Positions 16,267-25,828 of a stretch of DNA of 50,602 nucleotides are shown piece by piece. Every line of letters begins with the position of its first letter. Positions within the stretch are counted from its first letter, which is position 1. A program made the translations under genes and the position numbers. The stretch lies in sequence record PP067092.1; one strand, given 5' to 3'. This stretch comes from Pseudomonas phage PAShipCat1. A model generated the notes under the pieces. That model ran no database searches. It saw only the letters and a program-made list of their open reading frames with translations, and was not told where the DNA came from.

Positions 16267-16716
16267 ATGTCTCGCTATCGTCGCGTGAACATCGACGGCA
16301 AGTCGCTGTTCAAGACCGAAACCCGCAAGACCGCCGCGGCACTCCTGCCCGGCACGTTCGCCGTGATCAATGGCAGCGACCTGTTCGCCCAGGCAAGCGC
16401 CAGCGTTGGCCGCCTCTACGTCATCGACTGCGCTCACCACGAAGGACTCAACATCCGCGATGCGGTTCCCGCCGGCCATTCGGCCGTGGGCAACTACGTC
16501 GAAGAGGGTCGCGAACTCGCCGTGCTGTGCCCGGCCGGCACCTACAAGAAAGACACGCCGATCAAACTCGGCACCAGCGGCCAGGGTGCCATCGCGTCGA
16601 GCGATACCGACACGGTCCTCGGGTACAGCCAGGACGATGCAGTCATCGCCTCCGGCGAAACCGACTTCATCCGCATCCGCTTCCGTGTCGGCAGTGTCGC
16701 CGCCCCGGCGCCCTAA
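16267..16716 (+). CDS. small head structural protein (DUF2190-like position)
   Basis: ORF track. Between scaffold and capsid. Confidence 0.45.
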   Translation: MSRYRRVNIDGKSLFKTETRKTAAALLPGTFAVINGSDLFAQASASVGRLYVIDCAHHEGLNIRDAVPAGHSAVGNYVEEGRELAVLCPAGTYKKDTPIKLGTSGQGAIASSDTDTVLGYSQDDAVIASGETDFIRIRFRVGSVAAPAP

Positions 16717-16731
16717 TAGGAGTACGGACAC

Positions 16732-17826
16732 ATGTTCCTCACCCAGCAAGCAACCGCCGCCCATCCTCGCCTGATGGGCCACTACCAGGAGTTGCAGGCC
16801 AATCGCAACATCTGGAACAACCAGAACGCCGCTATGATCGCCCGCCACCGCGGCGCCATGACCCCCGAAATGCTGGCCTGCAACGCGCTCGCCGGCCTGG
16901 GTCGTGAGTTCTGGGCCGAGGTCGACGCCCAGATCATCCAGTACCGCAACCAGGAAACCGGCATGGAGATCGTCAACGATCTCCTGCAGGTGCAGACCGT
17001 GCTTCCGATCGGCAAGACCGCCAAGCTCTACAACGTGGTCGGCGACATCGCCGATGATGTGTCGGTGAGCATCGACGGCCAGGCCCCGTACTCCTTCGAT
17101 CACACCGAGTACAACTCCGATGGCGACCCCATTCCGGTGTTCACCGCCGGCTACGGTGTCAACTGGCGCCATGCCGCCGGCATGAACACCGTCGGCATCG
17201 ACCTGGTTCTGGACTCGCAGGCTGCGAAGCTCCGCAAGTTCAACAAGCGGATCGTTGCCTACACCCTGGACGGCGCCACCAACATCCAGGTCGAGAACTA
17301 CCCGGCTCAGGGTCTGCGCAATCACCGCAACACCATCAAGGTCAACCTGGGCTCCGGCGCCGGCGGCGCGAACATCGACCTGACCACCGCCACGCCGCAG
17401 CAGATCATCGACTTCTTCACCAAAGGCGCATTCGGCCAAGCTGCGCGTGCCAACAAGGTGGACGCCTACGATGTTCTCTGGGTTTCCCCGGAAATCAACG
17501 CCAACCTGTCCCAGCCCTACATGATCACCATGGGCGGCGGTGCCAACGCGGTGGTGGCCGGCACCGTGCTCGATGCGGTCATGCGCTTCATCCCGGCGCG
17601 CGCGGTTCGCCAGACCTTCGCCCTGTCGGGCAACGAGTTCCTGGGCTATCAGCGCCGCCGCGACGTGGTCACCCCGCTGGTCGGCATGGCTACCGGTGTT
17701 ATCCCGCTGCCGCGCCCGCTGCCGCAGGTCAACTACAACTTCCAGATCATGAGCGCCATGGGCATCCAGGTGAAGAAGGACGACGAAGGTCTGTCCGGCG
17801 TGATCTACGGCGCCAACCTGGCGTAA
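16732..17826 (+). CDS. major capsid protein
   Basis: 364 aa. Highest-expression-like codon usage. Strong SD GGAGTACGGACACATG. Synteny. Confidence 0.65.
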   Translation: MFLTQQATAAHPRLMGHYQELQANRNIWNNQNAAMIARHRGAMTPEMLACNALAGLGREFWAEVDAQIIQYRNQETGMEIVNDLLQVQTVLPIGKTAKLYNVVGDIADDVSVSIDGQAPYSFDHTEYNSDGDPIPVFTAGYGVNWRHAAGMNTVGIDLVLDSQAAKLRKFNKRIVAYTLDGATNIQVENYPAQGLRNHRNTIKVNLGSGAGGANIDLTTATPQQIIDFFTKGAFGQAARANKVDAYDVLWVSPEINANLSQPYMITMGGGANAVVAGTVLDAVMRFIPARAVRQTFALSGNEFLGYQRRRDVVTPLVGMATGVIPLPRPLPQVNYNFQIMSAMGIQVKKDDEGLSGVIYGANLA

Positions 17827-17836
17827 GGAGAACGAC

Positions 17837-18229
17837 ATGCCCAAATACGAGGTGATCAAGCCCTGGAACGGCGTTTCCAAGGGTCAGGTGCTGGAGCTCG
17901 AATCACTTGCCGCTGCGCTCCTGCCGAACGTGCGCGAGGTTGGCGCACTCAGGAGCGGAAGCCTGACCTTGGACGTTTCGGCCCAGGTCGACGAAGCGGC
18001 CAGGCAAGCTCTCGCCGAAGCGCGTGTATCCGTCGATGCCATGATCGACGAAGCCAAGGCCCAGGCCGGTACCCTGACCCCGGCCATTCCGGACGGTAGC
18101 GAGCGCCGCGAGCTGATCAAAGCGCGCCTGAAGGAGCTGAAGATCGAGTTCGATGGCCGCCAGGGCGAGGAAGCGCTTGCCGCCCTGCTGCCGGAGGGCG
18201 AACTGGTGAAGCTGTTCCCGGCCAAGTGA
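17837..18229 (+). CDS. hypothetical head-associated protein
   Basis: ORF track. AGGAGAACGAC SD. Confidence 0.45.
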   Translation: MPKYEVIKPWNGVSKGQVLELESLAAALLPNVREVGALRSGSLTLDVSAQVDEAARQALAEARVSVDAMIDEAKAQAGTLTPAIPDGSERRELIKARLKELKIEFDGRQGEEALAALLPEGELVKLFPAK

Positions 18230-18313
18230 CCGGTGCGTGACGCGAAGCCGCCTGCGGGCGGCTTCGTCGTTTCTGGCCCCAGAAATGGGGCCTTCTTCTT
18301 CCAGGAATCGGAC

Positions 18314-18715
18314 ATGATCACAGTTGAACAGGCCCGGCAGTACCTGCAGAGCCAGGGCATCGACAACGTGCCCGATTTCATCCTCGCGGCGTGGATCGAG
18401 CAATTGCAGGAGATCCAGGACTGCCTGGATGCCCACTACCCGGCATCGACCGCGCTGCTGATTCAGGCCTACCTGCTGGCGCTGTTTGCGCTGGCCCAGG
18501 CCGACAAGTACATCAGCAGCCAGACGGCCCCATCCGGCGCTTCTCGATCGTTCCGCTACCAGGCCTTTGCTGATCGCTGGAAGGCGCAGTTGGCCCTACT
18601 GAGCGCCCTGGACAAGCACGGATGCGCGACGGGACTGATCCCGCCGAATCCAACCCAAACCGCCCATGGCGGTCTATGGATCGCGCGAGGCGGCTGCATG
18701 TGTGGTGACTCATGA
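18314..18715 (+). CDS. putative head-tail connector protein
   Basis: Internal ATG (MITVEQARQYL...) after hairpin at 18235-18262. Synteny. Confidence 0.45.
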   Translation: MITVEQARQYLQSQGIDNVPDFILAAWIEQLQEIQDCLDAHYPASTALLIQAYLLALFALAQADKYISSQTAPSGASRSFRYQAFADRWKAQLALLSALDKHGCATGLIPPNPTQTAHGGLWIARGGCMCGDS

Positions 18716-19032
18716 GCACGACAGCGAATTGGAGTTACACCAACACAGCGACGGTTCGGCCATTCCTGCACTTCGACCTTTCGACCCAGGAGGCCGTTTA
18801 CGGCCATGAGTACGAAATCGCTTGCACCTGGGTAGCGAAGGGAGAGCAGGTCCGCGACAACAGCGGCGCCGAATTCGTATCGCGACACCAGATATTCACC
18901 GAGGACCGCCGGCCGAAGTACCTGGACCTGATCCAGTTCGACGGATCCAACGGCTGGGAAGAGATTCGCTCGGTGACGAACTGGGACATGTCCTTCTTCG
19001 GTGAACAGCCGGACTTTCTACTGGTGACCTGA
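18712..19032 (+). CDS. putative head-tail adaptor
   Basis: ORF track. ATGA overlap. Confidence 0.45.
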   Translation: MSTTANWSYTNTATVRPFLHFDLSTQEAVYGHEYEIACTWVAKGEQVRDNSGAEFVSRHQIFTEDRRPKYLDLIQFDGSNGWEEIRSVTNWDMSFFGEQPDFLLVT

Positions 19033-19033
19033 C

Positions 19034-19471
19034 ATGGCAATCCAAGGCATCGACCGCGTCCGGCGGAATCTTCGCGTGGCTGTCGAAAACATTGCAGAGG
19101 GCAGGTCTGAGCGCGCGATATACGAGATCCTCAGCCAGGGCGCTGCTATGGCGCAGACCATGACGCCGATCGACACGTCGAATTTGATCAATAGTCAGAC
19201 TGCACCCCAGATCAGTAATGGGACTGCTGGGGTGGAAGGGCGGATTGGATATACAGCAGCCTACGCGGCAGCGGTCCATGATGCGCCAGGAACTCTCGCC
19301 GGACAGCCAAGGGCGGATTTCGGAAAGACAGCGGACGGAACCGCCTTTGGAGGCGGTACTGGAGTTGGGAACTACTGGGATCCAAATGCAGAGCCAGAGT
19401 TTCTCACTAAGGGGTTCGATCAGATTGAATCTGCAATCCCATCAATTCTCCGCAGGACCTACCGCGTATGA
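19034..19471 (+). CDS. tail completion protein (HK97 gp10-like)
   Basis: N-terminal MAIQGIDRVRRNLRVAVENI resembles the gp10 family N-terminus. Synteny. Confidence 0.55.
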   Translation: MAIQGIDRVRRNLRVAVENIAEGRSERAIYEILSQGAAMAQTMTPIDTSNLINSQTAPQISNGTAGVEGRIGYTAAYAAAVHDAPGTLAGQPRADFGKTADGTAFGGGTGVGNYWDPNAEPEFLTKGFDQIESAIPSILRRTYRV

Positions 19472-19842
19472 CCCCCTACGACGCCTTCCAGGATTGGCTG
19501 GCATCGATCCTGGGCGAGGGCTACCAGTACAGCCGTGGGATGTGGGTCGACCACCCTTCGCTCGACTCGGCATTCATCGCAGCGATCCAGCAAACCGGCG
19601 GCCCCCCGACTCAGGTCGACATTCGTCGCCTGCGGTTCAAGGTGATCCTCCTCGGCCCGAAGGGCGTCCGGAAACACGTTGTCGACGTCGGCAACTCAAT
19701 CGAGACCCTGGCGCAGGCAGCGCTTGGCGACAGCGCCCCCTGTGGCGCCGCATCTGTTCGGGCAATCGGCGAGCCGATAGGGCCCGGATACACCACCGAA
19801 AACCGGGCCTGGTACAGCCTGGACCTTGAAGTTCTCTATTAA
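19468..19842 (+). CDS. putative tail terminator / minor tail protein
   Basis: ORF track. ATGA overlap. Precedes major tail gene. Confidence 0.45.
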   Translation: MTPYDAFQDWLASILGEGYQYSRGMWVDHPSLDSAFIAAIQQTGGPPTQVDIRRLRFKVILLGPKGVRKHVVDVGNSIETLAQAALGDSAPCGAASVRAIGEPIGPGYTTENRAWYSLDLEVLY

Positions 19843-19856
19843 TCAGGAGGCCAGAC

Positions 19857-20852
19857 ATGGCTTGCAAGAAGCTCAAATTTCCGGGCCGCGACGTCGTGCT
19901 CGAGTATTTCATCGGGTGTGGCGATGTGCTGCCGGCGGAGACTGACTGGCTCCGTTTCGGGTCGCTCCGCACGAAGGAGTTCACTATCGAATGGGACACC
20001 ATCGACGCAACCGATTCCGACTCGGTCGGCGCGCTGCGCGAGAACCTGGCCAGCTTCCAGACGCTGACCATTTCCGGTGACGGTACCGTGAAGGCCTCCG
20101 GTGCCGGCGCGCAGAACCTGATCGACCTGACGAAGCATGTCGTGAAGCCGGACGCGACCGGCGGACAGCCTGTTGTCTGGATGCGCATGACCTTCCCGGA
20201 CCTGACCTTCACCGCATTCATGCTCATCAGCAACCTCAGTCGCTCCGCGCCGTACGACGATGTCACCACCTACAGCTTCGAGGCTTCGGCGACCGCTTCC
20301 GACTTCGGCCTGATCGTCGAGGATACCCCCGACGCGGATGCGCCGGACCCGACCAGCATTCAGGTCGTGCCGGAGACCCTCTCGCTGACCGTTGGCGAGG
20401 GCTTCAACTTCGAGGGCGTCGTGCTGCCTGTTGGCGCTCCGCAAGGCCTGCGCTGGACCTCCAGTGCGCCGACCGTGGCCGCGGTGAACGCGGTCACCGG
20501 CGATGTGAGCGCGCTGTCGGCCGGCACTGCTACGATCACCGCTGCTTCCAGCGTCGCCCCGGGCGTTACCGATACCGCAACCGTCACGGTCATCCCGCTG
20601 GTGCAGGGCATTACCGTCTCGCCGACCTCCGTCTCGATCGCTGAAGGCGCCAACCAGCAACTGACCGCCGCTGTATCCCCGACCGGTGCGGCTCCCGGCC
20701 TGGTCTACGAAAGCGCGGCGCAGGCGATTGCCACCGTGAGCTCGACCGGCCTGGTGACCGGTGTTGATGTCGGTACCACCACGGTGAAAATCACCAGTGC
20801 GGCGCGGCCGTCGGTGAGCGTGACCGTTCCGGTAACCGTCACTGAGCCGTGA
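19857..20852 (+). CDS. major tail protein with C-terminal Ig-like (Big_2-type) domains
   Basis: AGGAGG SD. C-terminal repeated V/T/S/A-rich Ig-like segments (TVAAVNAVTGDVSALSAGTATITA..., ATVSSTGLVTGVDVGTTTVKITS). Confidence 0.75.
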   Translation: MACKKLKFPGRDVVLEYFIGCGDVLPAETDWLRFGSLRTKEFTIEWDTIDATDSDSVGALRENLASFQTLTISGDGTVKASGAGAQNLIDLTKHVVKPDATGGQPVVWMRMTFPDLTFTAFMLISNLSRSAPYDDVTTYSFEASATASDFGLIVEDTPDADAPDPTSIQVVPETLSLTVGEGFNFEGVVLPVGAPQGLRWTSSAPTVAAVNAVTGDVSALSAGTATITAASSVAPGVTDTATVTVIPLVQGITVSPTSVSIAEGANQQLTAAVSPTGAAPGLVYESAAQAIATVSSTGLVTGVDVGTTTVKITSAARPSVSVTVPVTVTEP

Positions 20853-21466
20853 TCCTCACCGAGATCGGTGAGATAGGCGTACACACGGCCTCGGGGGAGT
20901 TCTTTCTCCTGCGGCCGTCCCTGTACGCCATGACCCAGCTCGGTACGCCGGCCGAGATTGTCGACGTCTTCGCGCGCGTCATGAGCGACCCGATCACCGA
21001 GAAGCATCAGGCTGACCAGTTCGCCGACGCCCTGGCCGTGGTGGTGGCCTGTAGTGAGCAGGACCTGTCCGACGTGTTTGGCTACTACGACCAGGACCTG
21101 GTCTACCGGCCAGGAACTGCGGACGTCGAGCACCTTGTGCCTCTCGCGCGCTGCCTGCTGAAGCACGGCGTCACTGGGGCGCTTCCGCCGCTCCCCCGGC
21201 GCCACGACGAAGAGCCGAACTACTCGGGGGAATTCGTTGCGCGGGAGTACGTTGCGACGGCGATAGCGCACCTGGGGCTGAGCGAGCGCGAAGCCTGGTC
21301 CATGACCATGACCGGCCTGATTGGCGCTCTGCGCGCGAAATACCCCCCAACCGAATCGAACGCTCCGGGCGCCAGAGCCCCGACCGCGGCAGAGCATGAC
21401 GCGACGATGGAGTGGTTCGACAAGATCGAGGCCAAGCGCAAGGCGCGGGCGAAAGGAGCACCCTGA
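20849..21466 (+). CDS. tail assembly chaperone
   Basis: Position between major tail and tape measure. ATGA overlaps both sides. Confidence 0.5.
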   Translation: MILTEIGEIGVHTASGEFFLLRPSLYAMTQLGTPAEIVDVFARVMSDPITEKHQADQFADALAVVVACSEQDLSDVFGYYDQDLVYRPGTADVEHLVPLARCLLKHGVTGALPPLPRRHDEEPNYSGEFVAREYVATAIAHLGLSEREAWSMTMTGLIGALRAKYPPTESNAPGARAPTAAEHDATMEWFDKIEAKRKARAKGAP

Positions 21467-24400
21467 TGGCTGAGAATGTCGGCAGCATCTATTACACCGT
21501 CGAGGCGGATACCTCTGGCCTTGTAAACGGCACGAATGCTGCTGACCGTTCATTGGATCAGATGCAGGCAACCATGCGGCGTGCTGATAGCGAGGCGGCA
21601 CGTCTCAACACGACTGTCACCAAGCTTTCGTCGGCTATTAAGACGATCATCGCGGCGTCAGCGCTCCGCGAGATGGCCAGCATGGTCCAGTCCTATCAGG
21701 AGATGGCTGACAGGGTTCGTCTGGCGTCTGCAAGCCAGGAAGAGTATGAAAACGTACAGGCCAGACTGCTCCGTACCGCCAACGGGACATACCGAGCGCT
21801 CTCCGAGGCGCAGGAACTCTACATCCGCACTTCTGCAGGCCTGAAAGCTCTCGGATACGACACAACGTCTGCACTGGATGTGATGGATTCGCTGTCGTAT
21901 GCATTCGTGACCAATGCGACCAAGGCGGATGCAGCAGAGGCAGCGATCAGCCAGTTCTCCAAGGCAATCAACACCGGCAAGGTTTCGGCTGACCAATGGG
22001 AAACAATCTCCAGCGCAGTTCCGTCTGTTATTGAGGATATCGGCGCCGCTGCAGGTAAGACGGGGGCGGAAGTCAGGAGTCTTGGTGCGCAGGGGCAATT
22101 AACGGCGCAAATGCTCACCGAGGGTCTACGTAAGTCCTTGGAAGAGAACTCAAAGGCAGCCGCCGGCATGTCCAATAACCTGACCGATGCAGGGGTCAGG
22201 ATTCGGACTGCATTTACTCAAGTCCTTGTTTCGCTGGAAGACCAGACTGGCGCCCTTCAAACCTTCACCAATGGTCTTATTTCGGCTGCTGATGCGCTTC
22301 TTGAGTTCGGGCTTGACTCGGAAAAAATGGCAGCATTTCTCGACACTGCAACAGTCGCAGCAGCTTCTCTGGCCTCTGTTGTGGCTGGGCGTCTAGTTAC
22401 CTCCCTGTATGCAGCAGGTGCGGCCCAAGTGCAAAGATTGCGGGCAACGCTTGAGCAGATAGCAGCTGATCGGAATGCTGCTATAGGTGCACTGAGGCGG
22501 GCAGAGGCAGAGAAGGCCGCCGCCGCCGCGGCTGTCGCTCTGGCTCAGGCGGACTTGAATGCTGCCAGGGGTTCAAATGCCCACGCAACAGCTCTAAACG
22601 CGCTGCTGGCCGCTAAAGAACGCGACTTGGCCGCCACAAGAGCGCTAACGGCTGCTCAAGCAACGCTGAATGGTGTAGCAACCACCGGGACGGTGGTGAT
22701 GGGTGGACTTCGATCGGCAATGGCGTTCCTCGGCGGACCGCTTGGGGTTGTTCTGCTGGCAGCAACCGCGATCGCAACATTTGCAACGAATGCACGGGAG
22801 GCGAAAGAGCCTACGGACCTTCTAACCCTGTCCGTTGAAAAACTTGGACAGGCACAGCTGAAGGTTGCACAACTGGACATCGACAAGCGAATCCAAGCAG
22901 TGAGCGATAAGCTCAAACTGCTTGGGGAAAACTATGCGTTCGCGGCAAAAGAAGCCCAAGGCTCTGGTCGAAGGGCCAATCGATATGCTGAAGATGCCGT
23001 GCGTATCCAGGGCGCGGTCGAGGAGCTTACGCAGGAGCTTGACCAGTTACAGAAAAAGCGTTCAGACGTCGACGCAGCCCTAGATAAAAAGAGTTCATCC
23101 CCATCTGGTAATGGCCCGGATCGCCAGGCAAACCCGGAGGATACAAAGGCTCTCCAGAATCTTCGCGACGAGGCTGAACTATCTGCTCTCGCGGGTGAAG
23201 AACGGGCGAAGCTTGCCGCGCGCAAAAAGCTCAGTGCTGATGCCACAAAAGAGGAGATCGCGGAGGCGGAGCGTCTCGCTGTCCAGATATTCCGCAACAG
23301 CGAAGCGCGGAAGCAAGAGAAGAAGTCAGCCTCTGATACCGCCTCTACGGTCAAAAAGTCGATGGAGGATCAGCGTCGCGCTGCCTTGGACAATGAGAAG
23401 ACTATCGGAGACCTTTCCCAGCAACTGGCACAGGCTGGACTGAAGGGAAAGGAACTGGCAGAAGCTGGGGCGCAATCTCGCCTTAATCCATTCGCCACGC
23501 CGGAGCAGGTCGCCCAGGTCCGCGCGCTCGCCGCGGCACTGTATGAAGCGCAACAGGTCGAAGCCAACAAGCAGTTGCTGGGTCAGATGGACCCGATCGC
23601 CGGCGAAGATCAGCGCTACCAGGCCGAACTGGAGAACCTGAAGAAGCTGAACGAGGCCAAATTGCTCGAGGACCAGCGCTACCTGGAACTCAAGGCGCAG
23701 GCAGAGCAACAGCACGATGCCACGATGAAGCAACTGGAGGAGGAGCGATTCCGCCGCCAGGCTGCCGGCAATGAGATGATCATGGCAACCCTTGATCAAG
23801 TGCAGCAGGCCGGTACGAACGCTCTGACAGGGCTGATAACCGGGGCGAACAATGGTGCCGACGCCATGCGACAACTGGCCGGCGCCATGCTGAACCAAGT
23901 CGTCGGTGCCCTCGTCAAGGTCGGCATCGAGCAGGCGAAGAACTTCATCATGGGTCAGGCCCAGCAGGCGGCTGCGGCGACGACAGCCGCAGCGACCGGC
24001 GCCGCTATGGCTTCTGCCTACGCGCCAGCCGCTGCTGCCGCTTCGGTTGCGTCATTCGGCGGGGCGGCAACGGCTGGACTTACCGCAATGGCGGCCGCCA
24101 TCCCGGCAATGCTTGGGATGTTCGCTGGAGGTCGCCAGTACGGCGGTCCCGTAGGAGCGGGCGGCATGTACCGGATCAACGAGAACGGCGCGCCAGAGGT
24201 ATTCCAGGCTGCGAATGGCCGGCAGTACATGCTGCCGAACACCCGTGGAGAGGTGATCAGCAACGGCGACGCCTCCGCCCAAGGCTCGCCGCAGATCAGC
24301 CTGCAGATCATCAACAACGGTCCGCCGGTTTCCGCCACCGCCACCATGGACGGCAACAACCTGCGGGTAACTCTCGATGCGGTCGAGCAGGACTTTGCCA

Positions 24401-24477
24401 ACAAGGTTTCGTCTGGCCAGGGGCTTTACCCGAAAGCAATCGAAGGCGCCTATGGATTCAAGAGGGCAGGGCGATGA
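21466..24477 (+). CDS. tail tape measure protein
   Basis: 1003 aa. Ala/Gln-rich alpha-helical protein. GAAAGGAG SD + ATG MAENVGSIYY. Confidence 0.85.
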   Translation: MAENVGSIYYTVEADTSGLVNGTNAADRSLDQMQATMRRADSEAARLNTTVTKLSSAIKTIIAASALREMASMVQSYQEMADRVRLASASQEEYENVQARLLRTANGTYRALSEAQELYIRTSAGLKALGYDTTSALDVMDSLSYAFVTNATKADAAEAAISQFSKAINTGKVSADQWETISSAVPSVIEDIGAAAGKTGAEVRSLGAQGQLTAQMLTEGLRKSLEENSKAAAGMSNNLTDAGVRIRTAFTQVLVSLEDQTGALQTFTNGLISAADALLEFGLDSEKMAAFLDTATVAAASLASVVAGRLVTSLYAAGAAQVQRLRATLEQIAADRNAAIGALRRAEAEKAAAAAAVALAQADLNAARGSNAHATALNALLAAKERDLAATRALTAAQATLNGVATTGTVVMGGLRSAMAFLGGPLGVVLLAATAIATFATNAREAKEPTDLLTLSVEKLGQAQLKVAQLDIDKRIQAVSDKLKLLGENYAFAAKEAQGSGRRANRYAEDAVRIQGAVEELTQELDQLQKKRSDVDAALDKKSSSPSGNGPDRQANPEDTKALQNLRDEAELSALAGEERAKLAARKKLSADATKEEIAEAERLAVQIFRNSEARKQEKKSASDTASTVKKSMEDQRRAALDNEKTIGDLSQQLAQAGLKGKELAEAGAQSRLNPFATPEQVAQVRALAAALYEAQQVEANKQLLGQMDPIAGEDQRYQAELENLKKLNEAKLLEDQRYLELKAQAEQQHDATMKQLEEERFRRQAAGNEMIMATLDQVQQAGTNALTGLITGANNGADAMRQLAGAMLNQVVGALVKVGIEQAKNFIMGQAQQAAAATTAAATGAAMASAYAPAAAAASVASFGGAATAGLTAMAAAIPAMLGMFAGGRQYGGPVGAGGMYRINENGAPEVFQAANGRQYMLPNTRGEVISNGDASAQGSPQISLQIINNGPPVSATATMDGNNLRVTLDAVEQDFANKVSSGQGLYPKAIEGAYGFKRAGR

Positions 24478-24941
24478 TCAAATGGCCTGATGGCCTTCCC
24501 TTCCCGCTCAGGGAGGGCTATGGCTTCAAGACGGTTGAACCAATGGCCAGGACCGCCCTCCAGAGCGGCCGGGCACGCTATCGACGGAACTTCAGCGGCG
24601 TGCCGGTTGCTCTGGAGGTTTCTTGGCTGTTCACCGCTGAGCAGGCGCGTCTGTTCAAGGGGTGGTACCGAGACGTCCTGAAAGACGGCGTCAAGTGGTT
24701 CGAGTGCGAGCTCAGAACGGAAGAAGGCATTGTTCCGTGCCACCTGCACTTCGAGGGGATCTACGACGGTGGATATCTCGTCGGGCGCGACCACTGGCGC
24801 TTCAACGCGACCGTCGTGATGCGAGAGCGCTCGATCATCGATCCTGGGTGGGCCGAGATTCTGCCCGAGTACATCCTCCTCGCTGACATCTTCGACATCG
24901 CGATGAACAGGGAGTGGCCTCGACATGGCGACGGCTCTTGA
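24474..24941 (+). CDS. minor tail protein (lambda M-like position)
   Basis: ORF track. Synteny after tape measure. Confidence 0.55.
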   Translation: MIKWPDGLPFPLREGYGFKTVEPMARTALQSGRARYRRNFSGVPVALEVSWLFTAEQARLFKGWYRDVLKDGVKWFECELRTEEGIVPCHLHFEGIYDGGYLVGRDHWRFNATVVMRERSIIDPGWAEILPEYILLADIFDIAMNREWPRHGDGS

Positions 24942-25416
24942 GCGGTTCTATGCCTCAGGCGGTGAGGACCTGCAGCTCGCCACGATCGAGTTGTCATGCC
25001 CGGCGTGGCCCGAGCCTATCCTGATCTGTCAGGGCTATGACGACATCACCTGCATGACCGAAGACGGGCGGCTGCTGACGTTCATCGCCGGTGCGATCGA
25101 CGTATCGATTCCGAAGCGAGACAACAGCGGAAACCAGAACGTTGGATTTGCAATCGACAACGTGACCGGATTCGCCCAGCAGCGTATCAATGAAGCCATG
25201 GAGGCGGGCGAGTATGTCACCCTGATCCTGCGGATGTACCTAGAGAGCGATCTCACAGCACCTGCTGAGCGTCCGTACCGAATGAGGGTCAAGACGTCGA
25301 GTTTCGAAGGTCTCACTGTCCAGGTGGAGGCCGGCTACTACGACCTCATCAACACTGCCGCGCTGCGCCGCATCTACAACGTCAGCGAATTCCCTGGCCT
25401 CAAATACTGGCCCTGA
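24925..25416 (+). CDS. minor tail protein (lambda L-like position)
   Basis: ORF track. Synteny. Confidence 0.55.
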   Translation: MATALERFYASGGEDLQLATIELSCPAWPEPILICQGYDDITCMTEDGRLLTFIAGAIDVSIPKRDNSGNQNVGFAIDNVTGFAQQRINEAMEAGEYVTLILRMYLESDLTAPAERPYRMRVKTSSFEGLTVQVEAGYYDLINTAALRRIYNVSEFPGLKYWP

Positions 25417-25420
25417 TCCC

Positions 25421-25828
25421 ATGCCGAACAGATACCTCACCGCCATCTATACCGAGGGCGGCCGGTCCCTGCCGTGCCTTGACTGCTGGGGCCTGACGCT
25501 CATCGCGCGAGTTGAGTTGTTCGGGCTGCCGATGCTGGCCGAATTCGGCGGTGTCACGCGGCACACCCCGGTTTCGATGCAAAGGGCGTGCGATACGGAG
25601 ATCCAGCGCGCGCTCGAGCAATGCGAGCCAGGACCTGGGGTCATCGCCGCGGCCTATAGAGGGCGGCTGCTCGATCACGTAGGTCTGCTGGTCGAGGTGG
25701 ATGGACGCCTGCGGATTCTCGAAATCAACCCGGGAAGCGGGGTGTCGCTCACCCCGCTCCAGATGTTCTCCGACAAATATTCCAAGGTGGTCTTCTACCG
25801 TGATCGAAATCTACCCATCGCTCCTTGA
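25421..25828 (+). CDS. tail assembly protein K-like (NlpC/P60-type cysteine peptidase motif DCWGL)
   Basis: LPCLDCWGLTLIARVE matches the C40 catalytic Cys context (DCSGL). Synteny. Confidence 0.65.
   Translation: MPNRYLTAIYTEGGRSLPCLDCWGLTLIARVELFGLPMLAEFGGVTRHTPVSMQRACDTEIQRALEQCEPGPGVIAAAYRGRLLDHVGLLVEVDGRLRILEINPGSGVSLTPLQMFSDKYSKVVFYRDRNLPIAP

Noticed and set aside
14077-17880. 1267-aa minus-strand ORF antisense to portal, scaffold and capsid genes
   Set aside because: Typical high-GC shadow ORF. The plus-strand genes have SDs, operon overlaps and recognisable structural-protein features. The antisense product is low-complexity (Gly/Ala/Val/Arg/Asp).
20849-21466. Programmed -1 frameshift (G/GT-like) in the tail assembly chaperone
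   Set aside because: Expected by analogy. I could not locate a convincing slippery heptamer and extended frame by eye, so it is not claimed.
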